Positions 8,138-17,941 of a stretch of 64,000 nucleotides of DNA are shown piece by piece. The translations under genes were made by a program, and so were the position numbers. The DNA lies in contig JABJIC010000021.1 in the NCBI GenBank assembly GCA_018661465.1, forward strand, positions 30,192 to 94,191. The letters run 5' to 3'. Source of the stretch: Gammaproteobacteria bacterium (GTDB lineage: Bacteria > Pseudomonadota > Gammaproteobacteria > Pseudomonadales > Pseudohongiellaceae). Each line of letters starts with the position of its first letter. The stretch's first letter is position 1. The notes beneath the pieces are model-generated. The model was not told the DNA's origin. It made no database searches and saw nothing but the letters and a program-made list of their open reading frames with translations.

Positions 8138-9151
8138 TCAGATGAGCTGCAGAATGGGCTCATCCAATGCAAATAACTGCTCCCTCAATTCCAGGATGTG
8201 TTCTGCCCAGTATCTCTCTGTGTTGAACCAGGGAAAACTTAAGGGAAATGCTGGATCCTCCCACCTACGCGCCAACCAAGCGCTGTAGTTCATTAAGCGC
8301 AAAGTTCGCAGACTTTCAATAATTTGAAGTTCTGAGGCTCTAAAATTGTGAAATTCATTATAGCCCTCCACCAGTTCCAACAATTGCGCCTGTCGCTGGT
8401 TTCGATCACCTGACAACATCATCCACAAATCCTGAATTGCCGGGCCATTCATGGTGTCATCAAAATCCACAAAGTGAGGGGTATCTCCTCTCCATAGAAC
8501 ATTACCAGTATGACAATCTCCGTGAATTCTTATGTGGTTAAACTCGCCATGCTGCTTGTAAATACCTTCAATCTTTTGCACTAGGTCTGATGACAGGGAT
8601 TCATAAGCTGCCACCAAATCTTTAGGTATGAAATTATTCTCCAGAAGATATGCTCGACTGGAGACACCTAATCTTTCAATAGAAAGCTCAACCCGGTGTT
8701 TGAAATTAGACATGGCGCCTACAGCATGCAAACGCCCTACAAATCTCCCCATCACTAATAAATTATCCAGATTATCTAGCTCAGGGGGTCGGCCCGCAAA
8801 CTGCTCAAATACTGAGAACCTAAAATTCCCATGCTGAAGCAAGCTGCCTTTATCGCCAAAGTCCAGAGGGGGAATAACAGGAATATCCAGATCAACTAAC
8901 TCGCGAGTAAAATTGTGTTCTTCGTGAATTTGCTCATTCGTCCATCCCCCGGGACGATAGAATTTCACAATAATGGAAGGCTGATCAAAAACCCCAATCT
9001 GATATACACGATTCTCATAGCTATTGAGCGCAAAAACTCGCGCATCAGTTTCATAACCGAGGGCCTCAACTGCTTCCAAAACGGAGTCGGGAGTTAATTC
9101 TGTATAGGGGTGGTTTTCACTGCTCGAAGAATCCAGGCTTACTTCATCCAT
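8138..9151 (-). CDS. srkA: Stress response Ser/Thr kinase SrkA (YihE/RdoA family)
   Basis: 337 aa. The sequence LNSYENRVYQIG...VKFYRPGGWTNEQIHEEHNF...IHGDCHTGNVLW is typical of YihE/RdoA. Confidence 0.85.
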   Translation of the reverse strand: MDEVSLDSSSSENHPYTELTPDSVLEAVEALGYETDARVFALNSYENRVYQIGVFDQPSIIVKFYRPGGWTNEQIHEEHNFTRELVDLDIPVIPPLDFGDKGSLLQHGNFRFSVFEQFAGRPPELDNLDNLLVMGRFVGRLHAVGAMSNFKHRVELSIERLGVSSRAYLLENNFIPKDLVAAYESLSSDLVQKIEGIYKQHGEFNHIRIHGDCHTGNVLWRGDTPHFVDFDDTMNGPAIQDLWMMLSGDRNQRQAQLLELVEGYNEFHNFRASELQIIESLRTLRLMNYSAWLARRWEDPAFPLSFPWFNTERYWAEHILELREQLFALDEPILQLI

Positions 9152-9197
9152 TTATCGTTATCCGCTAACCTGTCAAACCTATCGAATAGGGTGTCAC

Positions 9198-9533
9198 TCA
9201 GGAGTCTTTCTTGTCGGTTTTTCCACCAACAATTGAGACCGGAAAAGCAGAAACATTATCCCCGCTGGAAATTTTGCTAACTCCGGTCTTCTCAACCTCA
9301 TCGATTCTAATAACAGCCTGTATAGGAATAAAGCTTCTCTTAACACCACTGAATTCTGCTTTTAGCTTTTCCTCAGTAGGATCGACTACTACCTGACTAC
9401 GCTCATCAAATACGAAGTCTTCTACCTCGATAAATCCGTAGAGATCGCTCTGATAAACCTGTTTTGCAAAGACTTCGTAAACCTTGCTCTTGTTGAGAAA
9501 AGTAATTTTGTATATTTCTGAAGTATTTCCCAT
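9198..9533 (-). CDS. DUF1820 family protein
   Basis: 111 aa. The pattern IYKITFLNKSKVYEVFAKQVYQSDLYGFIEVEDFVF matches DUF1820 as I recall it. Confidence 0.6.
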   Translation of the reverse strand: MGNTSEIYKITFLNKSKVYEVFAKQVYQSDLYGFIEVEDFVFDERSQVVVDPTEEKLKAEFSGVKRSFIPIQAVIRIDEVEKTGVSKISSGDNVSAFPVSIVGGKTDKKDS

Positions 9534-9841
9534 TTAAATCAATCTCTTAGATAATTTAGACAAATATTGTTCTCAAGCTTTTCTGCTGTGCTATGCACGC
9601 GCTTGATAGGGATAAGACCCCCGCAGGCTTAATATTTGGCTATTTACAGGTAATTCAAGCCATTATGCGCTAATTCCCTGTTAAGTATCGTGGTTTTTTG
9701 CTGTTATAATTCGCCCCCTTTTTCAAAATGCCCCAGCAGGCGAAGATAATCGTGACAACCAGCAACATAGCCAATCCGGCAGATCTTGATCAGACAGATG
9801 ATTCAATTCCTCGTGGCATCGAGGGCTCAATTCCGCGTGGC

Positions 9842-11176
9842 ATGAAGAAAGTCTTCATCAAGACTCATGGCTGCCAGATGAATGAATATGATTCTGCGCG
9901 CATGCTGGACCTGCTAAAAGAAACCGACGAAGTTGTACGGGTAGATGACCCTTCTGATGCAGATTTGTTGCTGCTTAATACCTGTTCAATTCGAGAAAAA
10001 GCTCAGGAAAAAGTTTTTCATCAACTCGGTAGATGGCGAAAACTCAAAGAGAACAATCCCGAACTCAAGATTGCTGTTGGGGGTTGTGTTGCCAGCCAGG
10101 AAGGCGAGGCAATCGGAAAGCGAGCACCCTATGTAGACGTGATCTTTGGTCCGCAAACATTGCACAAACTTCCACAGATGCTTAAATCACCATCACGGGG
10201 ACGCCCTGTAGTGGACATCAGTTTCCCGGAAATTGAAAAGTTTGACGCGCTGCCCCAACCAGAGGCAGATTCCTGTCAGGCTTTCTTGACCATAATGGAA
10301 GGCTGCAGTAAATACTGTAGCTTCTGTGTTGTTCCCTATACCCGTGGAGAGGAAGTCAGTAGACCTCTTGATGATGTATTGGCCGAAGCTGTTCATCTGG
10401 CTGAACAAGGCGTAAGGGAAATAAATTTGCTTGGCCAGAATGTAAATGCCTATCGCGGCCTGAGTCATGAAGGCTCAGTCGTTGATCTAGCCTTACTAAT
10501 CAGATATATCTCTACCATCGAGGGTATCGATCGGATCCGCTTTACGACCTCCCATCCAGTGGAATTTAACAGCAATCTCGTTGAAGTCTATAATCAGGTA
10601 CCCGAATTGGTTTCCCATCTACATTTACCAGTTCAAAGCGGATCAGATCGGATTTTGGCCGCCATGAAACGAGGTCATACGACACTGGAATACAAATCAA
10701 TTATTCGTAAGATTCAGGCAAATAGACCAGGCATAAGCCTGTCTTCTGATTTCATTGTTGGCTTTCCCGGTGAAAGCAATAAGGATTTCGAAGACACCAT
10801 GAATCTCATAATTGATATTGGCTTCGATACTTCATTCAGTTTCATCTATAGCGCCAGACCCGGAACACCTGCAGCGGACCTCGAAGACAAGACTCCGGAG
10901 CAGGAGAAAAAACATAGATTGGCAACACTGCAGTCGCAGATTATTAAGCATGCTATAGGGATCAGCGAGTCCATGGTGGGTAGCGACCAGCGTATATTGA
11001 TAACCGGACAATCGAAGAAACATACTGGGGATCTACAAGGTAGAACTGAAAATAATCGTGTGGTGAATTTTCCCAGCGACAATCTTTCACTTGTTGGCAA
11101 ATTTGCAACTGCACGAATTACTGATGCTCTTCCCAATTCCCTGCTGGGGCATCTGTTAAACGAAAGCAACACTTAA
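9842..11176 (+). CDS. miaB: tRNA-2-methylthio-N6-dimethylallyladenosine synthase MiaB
   Basis: The conserved N-terminus [18 protein letters not shown] starts at the ATG at 9842. The radical-SAM motif is [15 protein letters not shown], and a TRAM domain forms the C-terminus. The track ORF from 9728 adds 38 non-conserved residues, so the true start is uncertain. Confidence 0.9.
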   Translation: MKKVFIKTHGCQMNEYDSARMLDLLKETDEVVRVDDPSDADLLLLNTCSIREKAQEKVFHQLGRWRKLKENNPELKIAVGGCVASQEGEAIGKRAPYVDVIFGPQTLHKLPQMLKSPSRGRPVVDISFPEIEKFDALPQPEADSCQAFLTIMEGCSKYCSFCVVPYTRGEEVSRPLDDVLAEAVHLAEQGVREINLLGQNVNAYRGLSHEGSVVDLALLIRYISTIEGIDRIRFTTSHPVEFNSNLVEVYNQVPELVSHLHLPVQSGSDRILAAMKRGHTTLEYKSIIRKIQANRPGISLSSDFIVGFPGESNKDFEDTMNLIIDIGFDTSFSFIYSARPGTPAADLEDKTPEQEKKHRLATLQSQIIKHAIGISESMVGSDQRILITGQSKKHTGDLQGRTENNRVVNFPSDNLSLVGKFATARITDALPNSLLGHLLNESNT

Positions 11177-11209
11177 AAAAATCACTTCAAAGAGAGAAAT
11201 ACTGAACAC

Positions 11210-12226
11210 GTGAGCACACATAGCATTTCACTGACCCTGGTTCCGGATAACGCTCAGCGCCTTTCCAGCCTCTGCGGGCACCTCAACGAACACATTCAGC
11301 AAATTGAATCCTTCCTTGCGCTAAAAATCCAGCAGCGAGGAAATTGTTTTCATTTGTCCGGTACTGAATCTGCAGTGAATGATGGTAGTCGAATACTCGA
11401 AGCACTCTACTCAGCAACTGCCGGCGGCAGCACGCTAAGTCCGAATATGATTCATCTTGCTCTGCAAGAAACTCGAAACCTTGAAAATTTCTCCACAGAG
11501 GAAAATGAAGAAAGCGTATTCATCAAGACACCCAAAGTATCGGTTAAACCCCGCAGCGGTCATCAGCGGCAGTATGTACGTAACATTCAGCGCTTTGACA
11601 TCAATTTCGGAATTGGACCAGCAGGCACAGGCAAGACATACCTAGCTGTAGCCTGTGCCGTAGAGACATTAATCAAGGATCAGGTGAATCGGATTTTGCT
11701 GGTTCGCCCAGCAGTGGAAGCCGGTGAGAAACTCGGGTTTCTGCCAGGTGATCTTGCGCAAAAAATCGATCCTTATTTACGCCCACTCTACGATGCTCTC
11801 TATGAAATGTTAGGCTTTGAAAAAGTCAGTCGGCTCATTGAAAAAAACGTTATCGAGGTTGCCCCTCTCGCCTATATGCGCGGCAGAACTCTAAACAACT
11901 CTTATATTATTCTTGATGAAAGTCAGAATACCACCACTGCCCAGATGAAAATGTTTCTCACTCGAATTGGGTTTGGCTCAACTGCGGTAATTACCGGTGA
12001 TGTAACACAAATCGATTTACCCAAAGGCACTCGCTCAGGTCTGGTCCATGTCAGTAAGGTGCTAGAGGGAATTGATGATATTGGCTTCACCTATTTCAAT
12101 TCCAAAGATGTGGTGCGCCACCGTCTAGTACAACGCATCGTAGAAGCCTATGAAAAATATGACCTTCAGTCTGTTTCCCAATTAGCCAACCAAGATTCCG
12201 CGAAGAGTAATGACCGCGACAATTGA
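11210..12226 (+). CDS. ybeZ: PhoH-family ATPase (YbeZ)
   Basis: GTG start. Walker A is GPAGTGKTYLA, and the PhoH signature LDESQNTT...ITGDVTQIDLP is present. It sits in the conserved position between miaB and ybeY. Confidence 0.9.
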   Translation: MSTHSISLTLVPDNAQRLSSLCGHLNEHIQQIESFLALKIQQRGNCFHLSGTESAVNDGSRILEALYSATAGGSTLSPNMIHLALQETRNLENFSTEENEESVFIKTPKVSVKPRSGHQRQYVRNIQRFDINFGIGPAGTGKTYLAVACAVETLIKDQVNRILLVRPAVEAGEKLGFLPGDLAQKIDPYLRPLYDALYEMLGFEKVSRLIEKNVIEVAPLAYMRGRTLNNSYIILDESQNTTTAQMKMFLTRIGFGSTAVITGDVTQIDLPKGTRSGLVHVSKVLEGIDDIGFTYFNSKDVVRHRLVQRIVEAYEKYDLQSVSQLANQDSAKSNDRDN

Positions 12227-12683
12227 AATTCTTGAAGACTGTAACGCCCACTGGCTCCCGGAGCAGCAGCTTGCTGATAAGTGGGTAAATGCAGCCTTAC
12301 AATTTTCCAATCAAGCGCTTCCAGTTAATATCAGTGTTCGTTTTGTTGAAGAAGAAGAATCTCAAAGGCTGAACCGGAAGTTCAGGAACAAGGATTCCGC
12401 CACTAACGTGCTCTCTTTTCCTGCGAATTTACCTGAAAGCATCGCCCAGCAATTAGATGAATTACCACTGGGTGACATCGTAGTCTGCCCAACTATAGTG
12501 GAGAAAGAAGCATCTGATCAGGGCAAAGAGCTTCAGTCACATTGGGCCCATTTGCTGGTTCACGGTACATTCCATCTACTAGGCTATGATCATCAAACCA
12601 CTGAAGATGCTGAATCCATGGAAATTCTGGAAATTTCAGTGCTTGAAAGCCTTGGAATAGCAAACCCTTATTTGATAGGGTGA
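12210..12683 (+). CDS. ybeY: rRNA maturation endoribonuclease YbeY
   Basis: 157 aa with the metal site HLLVHGTFHLLGYDH. It overlaps the ybeZ end by 17 nt. Confidence 0.9.
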   Translation: MTATIEILEDCNAHWLPEQQLADKWVNAALQFSNQALPVNISVRFVEEEESQRLNRKFRNKDSATNVLSFPANLPESIAQQLDELPLGDIVVCPTIVEKEASDQGKELQSHWAHLLVHGTFHLLGYDHQTTEDAESMEILEISVLESLGIANPYLIG

Positions 12684-12755
12684 GCCCTATACAGGCTCAA
12701 TAGTACTGGGCTCAACTATACTTAGCTTAACAACTAGAGGACGATTAGCCAGAGC

Positions 12756-13613
12756 ATGACCGACGACGATTCTAGTATCGATTCAAGACCCCGGTCCTGG
12801 ATCGATAAACTTGCTCAATTCTTCTCAGACGAGCCCACCGACACCAAAAGCCTGCTTGAATTGGTACGTAATGCCGAGCAAGATCAGGTGCTCGATGCCG
12901 ATGCCCTCGCTATCATTGAAGGCGCGCTTCAGGTCTCCAGCATGCAGGTTAGGGATATCATGATCCCTCGCTCTCAGGTGGTTACAGTTGAAGCTAGCCT
13001 GCCTATAACAGACATCATTGAACTGATCACCAAGGCCTCCCATTCCAGGTTTCCTGTAACCGGTGAGAGCGTGGACAATGTAATGGGAATCCTTTTAGCT
13101 AAGGATCTTCTACCTCTGATTCTTGCCAAAGGCTCCGATAAATTCAATATTAAGGATGTAGTAAGACCTGCAACCTTTGTGCCCGAGAGCAAAAGGCTTA
13201 ACGTTCTGCTTAAAGAATTTAGAGAGACTCGGCAACATATGGCCCTTGTGATCGATGAATATGGCAGTGTTTGCGGAGCGGTTACCATCGAGGATGTGCT
13301 TGAACAGATAGTGGGTGAAATCGAAGACGAACACGACGTCGATGATGATAGCTACATCAAGAAATTTGATGAAGAGAACCATATCGTCAAAGCTCTGACT
13401 CCAGTGGATGAATTCAATGACTATTTCCATACGGAATTCAGTGATCAGGAGTTCACTACGATTGGAGGGCTGGTTTTACAGAAATTTGGCCATATTCCTG
13501 AGAGAGGTGAATCCGTAAATATTGGATCGTACCTAATCACAGTTCTCAATGCGGATAGTCGCCAGATCAAACTAATTAAAGTGACTTCCTCGCCTGCGAA
13601 CCAGCGCCGCTGA
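12756..13613 (+). CDS. corC: CBS-domain Mg/Co efflux-associated protein CorC (HlyC/CorC family)
   Basis: 285 aa with a CBS pair and a CorC_HlyC C-terminal domain (TIGGLVLQKFGHIPERGESV). It occupies the ybeX/corC synteny position. Confidence 0.85.
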   Translation: MTDDDSSIDSRPRSWIDKLAQFFSDEPTDTKSLLELVRNAEQDQVLDADALAIIEGALQVSSMQVRDIMIPRSQVVTVEASLPITDIIELITKASHSRFPVTGESVDNVMGILLAKDLLPLILAKGSDKFNIKDVVRPATFVPESKRLNVLLKEFRETRQHMALVIDEYGSVCGAVTIEDVLEQIVGEIEDEHDVDDDSYIKKFDEENHIVKALTPVDEFNDYFHTEFSDQEFTTIGGLVLQKFGHIPERGESVNIGSYLITVLNADSRQIKLIKVTSSPANQRR

Positions 13614-13734
13614 TAAAGAAAAAATCCTTAAAATTTGTCGCCACACAGCTACCTGTGAGCACGGCTCTAGGTTATCCTTGCTGACCTTGTAACGACAAAC
13701 AATTCATTTACCCAATACGCGTTTTAGAGAAGCA

Positions 13735-16215
13735 ATGAGCAGCAATACCGATCGATATAATCCCAGCGAAGTAGAATCCACTGCACAATCCTATTGGCTT
13801 GAAAATAACAGCTTTCAAGTTACTGAAGATACCAGCAAAGAGAAATTTTACTGCCTTTCCATGTTCCCGTATCCCAGTGGTCACTTGCATATGGGTCATG
13901 TGCGCAATTACTCCATCGGTGATGCCATTAGTCGATACCATCGCATGCTGGGCAAGAATGTTCTGCAGCCCATGGGTTGGGATGCTTTCGGCTTACCCGC
14001 CGAAAATGCTGCCATACAGAACAAAGTTCCACCAGCCAAGTGGACCTATAGCAACATAAATTATATGCGTGAACAGCTGCAAACTTTGGGCTTTGCCTAT
14101 GACTGGAATCGCGAACTTGCTACCTGCCACCCTGGCTACTACCGCTGGGAACAGTGGTTTTTCACACGCTTGTTTAATAAGGGCCTGGTTTACAAAAAAG
14201 AAGCCGAGGTCAATTGGGACCCTGTAGATCAAACCGTGCTTGCAAATGAGCAAGTGGTTGACGGTCGCGGCTGGCGCTCCGGCGCAGTGGTTGAAAGACG
14301 AAGAATTCCACAATGGTTCATCAAGATCACTGATTTCGCTCAAGAGTTATTAGATGACCTGGACAAACTGGACGGCTGGCCGGAAAAAGTTCGCATTATG
14401 CAATCCAATTGGATTGGCCGCTCAGAGGGTGTCGAGCTGGATTTCGATGTTGCCGATGAAGATGATGAAGCCCTAAAAACGTTCTCGGTGTATACCACCC
14501 GCCCAGATACCTTAATGGGTGTCACCTACGTCGCTGTCGCTCCTCAACATCCTCTTGCGATGAAAGCTGCAGCATCAAATTCTGAACTGACCAGCTTCAT
14601 CGACGAACAGAGTAAGGTCAAAGTTGCCGAAGCCGAAATGGCGACCATGGAAAAACTTGGGATGGATACAGGGCTAAAGGCCATCCATCCTATTAGCGGG
14701 CAGCAGCTTCCAATATTTGTCGCAAACTTCGTACTAATGAGCTATGGCTCGGGCGCCGTTATGTCGGTTCCTGCTCACGACCAACGGGACTGGGAATTCG
14801 CGCGTAAATATGACCTCGAGATCAAACAAGTCATAAAACCTGCTTCAGAAACAGAAGATTGTAACTTGGAGGAACAGGCCTACACAGCAAAAGGCATTCT
14901 GATAAATTCAGGAGAATTCGACGGGCTCGATTTTCTAGAGGCCTTCGACGCTATTGAAAAGCACCTGAGTAGCATGAACAAGGGTTCCAAGAAGGTGAAT
15001 TTTCGGCTTCGTGATTGGGGCGTATCGAGACAGCGATATTGGGGCACACCTATTCCCATAATCAATTGCGAAAGCTGTGGCTCCGTACCTGTACCCGATG
15101 AAGATTTGCCAGTTCGCTTACCTGAAGACATTGAGTTTGACGATAGCGGCTCTCCTTTGGGCAAGCTTCCAGAATTTTATAAAGTGAAATGCCCCAAGTG
15201 TCAGGCTGAAGCACGGCGAGAAACCGATACTTTTGATACCTTCATGGAGTCTTCCTGGTATTACGCGCGCTTTGCTTGCCGCGACCAAGACTCGGCGATG
15301 CTCGATGAACGCTCCGATTACTGGTTACCCGTTGATCAATATATTGGCGGAGTCGAGCATGCAATCCTTCACTTGCTATATGCCCGCTTCTTTCACAAGT
15401 TAATGCGCAATGAAGGCCTGGTGAATTCAGACGAGCCCTTCGCTCAGCTGCTCACTCAAGGTATGGTTTTGAAGGACGGCACTAAGATGTCAAAATCAAC
15501 GGGCAACACTGTTGATCCGTTGCCCCTGATTGAAAAATATGGCGCTGATACTGTGCGCATGTTTACCATGTTCGCTTCTCCCCCCGATCAATCTATGGAT
15601 TGGTCCGATAGTGGTGTTGAGGGCAGCTACCGCTTCCTGAAGAGGCTCTGGAAAATTGTTAATTCTCACCAGCCAATTCAAGTCGACTCTTTTTCCAACA
15701 CCGAATTAAATGAACGGCAGACAAAACTTCGCCTGAAAACCCATCAGACAATCGAAAAAGTGACCGATGATTGTGGCCGGCGACACACATTCAATACTGC
15801 AATCGCTGCAAGTATGGAATTACTCAATGCCGTAAATCGTTTCACTGACTCGGCCGACGGCAAAGCAGATCAGATGATTATTCAGGAAGCGCTCGAATCG
15901 GTGATTTTAATGCTGGCGCCGATAACACCGCACTTCAGTCACGTATTGTGGAACTATTTAGGCCACGAAGGCGCGGTTATGGATGCGCGATGGCCAGAAG
16001 TAGATAAGTCAGCGATGACTCAAAGTAATGTGCTTATCGTGTTACAGGTGAATGGCAAGCTTCGAGCCAAAATCGAGGTTTCCAAGGACCTGGATAAAGA
16101 GGCTATAGAATCCTTGGCTCTCGAAAATGAAGCGATAAAAAAATACACCGATGCAGGCACGGTAAGAAAAGTTATTGTAGTACCTGGAAAACTGGTAAAT
16201 ATTGTCGTGAATTAG
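13735..16215 (+). CDS. leuS: Leucine--tRNA ligase
   Basis: 826 aa. The class I signatures are the HIGH-type motif PSGHLHMGH and the KMSKS motif KMSKSTGN. Confidence 0.97.
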   Translation: MSSNTDRYNPSEVESTAQSYWLENNSFQVTEDTSKEKFYCLSMFPYPSGHLHMGHVRNYSIGDAISRYHRMLGKNVLQPMGWDAFGLPAENAAIQNKVPPAKWTYSNINYMREQLQTLGFAYDWNRELATCHPGYYRWEQWFFTRLFNKGLVYKKEAEVNWDPVDQTVLANEQVVDGRGWRSGAVVERRRIPQWFIKITDFAQELLDDLDKLDGWPEKVRIMQSNWIGRSEGVELDFDVADEDDEALKTFSVYTTRPDTLMGVTYVAVAPQHPLAMKAAASNSELTSFIDEQSKVKVAEAEMATMEKLGMDTGLKAIHPISGQQLPIFVANFVLMSYGSGAVMSVPAHDQRDWEFARKYDLEIKQVIKPASETEDCNLEEQAYTAKGILINSGEFDGLDFLEAFDAIEKHLSSMNKGSKKVNFRLRDWGVSRQRYWGTPIPIINCESCGSVPVPDEDLPVRLPEDIEFDDSGSPLGKLPEFYKVKCPKCQAEARRETDTFDTFMESSWYYARFACRDQDSAMLDERSDYWLPVDQYIGGVEHAILHLLYARFFHKLMRNEGLVNSDEPFAQLLTQGMVLKDGTKMSKSTGNTVDPLPLIEKYGADTVRMFTMFASPPDQSMDWSDSGVEGSYRFLKRLWKIVNSHQPIQVDSFSNTELNERQTKLRLKTHQTIEKVTDDCGRRHTFNTAIAASMELLNAVNRFTDSADGKADQMIIQEALESVILMLAPITPHFSHVLWNYLGHEGAVMDARWPEVDKSAMTQSNVLIVLQVNGKLRAKIEVSKDLDKEAIESLALENEAIKKYTDAGTVRKVIVVPGKLVNIVVN

Positions 16216-16252
16216 CTGGTAGTATTTTCTGAGAGTCAGAAGAAATGGAAAA

Positions 16253-16765
16253 ATGAGATATCTACAACAAATGAAATTCGTCTTGCTAGCAGGACTGCTG
16301 CTAGCGGTCTCGGCCTGTGGCTTCAGCTTACGCAGCAGTGATAGCCTTTCTGCGAATTTCAGCAGTATTCAGCTATCTACGCAACAGCCCAATAGCGAGC
16401 TTTCCCGCCTAATTCGGCGTAGCTTGGAAAGCTCTGGAGTAGCAGTAGAAATTTCTGAATTCAATGGGAGTAATCAGGAATTGCTCTCACTAACCCTGGG
16501 AAATGAACAACTGACTAGCCGACCGATAACTGTAAACCCCAGAGCCCGAGCAGCGCAGCATGAACTGAGGCTCGAGTTGGAAGTCGCGTTAAGCCTATCA
16601 GAGCAGTATTTGATAAGTCCTGAGACTCTCTTCGTTGAGAGAGCCTATTTCGAAGATATTGAAAATCTTAATGGCAATCAGGAAGAAATCGAAATCATCA
16701 CTTCTGAGATGCGGCGAGAGCTAGGAAATCAACTGATTCGCCGGCTTTCAGCCGTCAGCAATTAA
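16253..16765 (+). CDS. lptE: LPS-assembly lipoprotein LptE
   Basis: 170 aa with lipobox VSACGFSLRS. It sits in the conserved position between leuS and holA. Confidence 0.85.
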   Translation: MRYLQQMKFVLLAGLLLAVSACGFSLRSSDSLSANFSSIQLSTQQPNSELSRLIRRSLESSGVAVEISEFNGSNQELLSLTLGNEQLTSRPITVNPRARAAQHELRLELEVALSLSEQYLISPETLFVERAYFEDIENLNGNQEEIEIITSEMRRELGNQLIRRLSAVSN

Positions 16766-16780
16766 GCTGCTCGGTAAACC

Positions 16781-17818
16781 GTGAAAATTAAACCCGAACA
16801 ACTGAACCGAACTCTTAATAGCAGTTCAGTGCCTCTCTATTGGCTAAGCGGAGATGATCCTCTGCTTATGCAAGAAGCTGCAGATACCATTCGCTCTCAT
16901 TTTCGCAGCGCCGGCTTCCTGGAACGAGATGTCTTAAGCGTAGATCGAAGTTTTAACTGGGAAGAGTTTCAACATTTAACATCTAATCTGTCTCTCTTTT
17001 CCGAACAAAAAATCATCGAACTCCGTTTAAGCTCTGCCAAACTGGACGATCAGGGCAAGAAAGCAATTCAGCGTTATCTGGATGAGCCCAATCCGGACTT
17101 CCTTATTCTTATTAGCGGTCCTAAACTTGATGCAGGAACATTAAAAACCAAGTGGTTCACCCAGATTGAATCAGCCGGCGTACTGATGCAGATATGGCCA
17201 GTAAAGAGAGAAGAATTACACAGCTGGTTAGAACAACGACTAATACGCGAAGGAATCCAGGCGGAGCCCCAGGCTATTTCCCTGCTAGCGGACAAAGTTG
17301 AAGGGAATCTATTGGCCGCAATGCAGGAAATCGAAAAAATCAAATTACTGTCCAATACTCCAGACGGGCAAACTATAACGCTAGACAGCAAGACAGTAAT
17401 GCAGATTGTCGCAGACAGTTCTCGCTTCAATGCCTACCAGCTGGTGGATGCCGCGTTCTTGGGAGACACTCCTCGCTCCCAAAAAATGCTAACTGCTCTC
17501 AGAAATGAGGGAATTTTTCCGCTTGTAATCTTGGCTGCGATTAGCCGCGAGCTGAGAAGCTTGATCCCTATGCTAGAGAGCGCAGAGAAAGGACAAAACA
17601 TACCTTCCATTATCCAGGCTTTCAGGGTTTGGTTTAACCGCAAGAATGCAATCAGCTCTGTACTTGGGCGGATGAATCAGGAGAAGGTGTGGGAACTACT
17701 CAATCACTGTCGCTTGATTGATCAGTCTATCAAAGGAATGAATGTCGCAAACCCTTGGGATGAACTCAGCAGACTTCTACTCCTTGTAAGCGCTCGCGAA
17801 TCAGTTAGCAGCGTATAG
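16781..17818 (+). CDS. holA: DNA polymerase III subunit delta
   Basis: 345 aa with a GTG start. The N-terminal pattern is typical (LYWLSGDDPLLMQEA), and the synteny after lptE fits. Confidence 0.85.
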   Translation: MKIKPEQLNRTLNSSSVPLYWLSGDDPLLMQEAADTIRSHFRSAGFLERDVLSVDRSFNWEEFQHLTSNLSLFSEQKIIELRLSSAKLDDQGKKAIQRYLDEPNPDFLILISGPKLDAGTLKTKWFTQIESAGVLMQIWPVKREELHSWLEQRLIREGIQAEPQAISLLADKVEGNLLAAMQEIEKIKLLSNTPDGQTITLDSKTVMQIVADSSRFNAYQLVDAAFLGDTPRSQKMLTALRNEGIFPLVILAAISRELRSLIPMLESAEKGQNIPSIIQAFRVWFNRKNAISSVLGRMNQEKVWELLNHCRLIDQSIKGMNVANPWDELSRLLLLVSARESVSSV

Positions 17819-17941
17819 GCCGTTGGTTTCAATAGGAAATAGATGCTGAGTCCCAGATAATTCCGTGAAATCTGATAATTCATGCAATGAGCTGCATGGT
17901 ATGACCTATAATAAGCCAAAAACAAAGCCCCAGAATCTCCC

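Noticed and set aside
13708-13941. 77-aa minus-strand ORF overlapping the leuS start
   Set aside because: It is antisense to the highly conserved leuS 5' end and is a shadow ORF.
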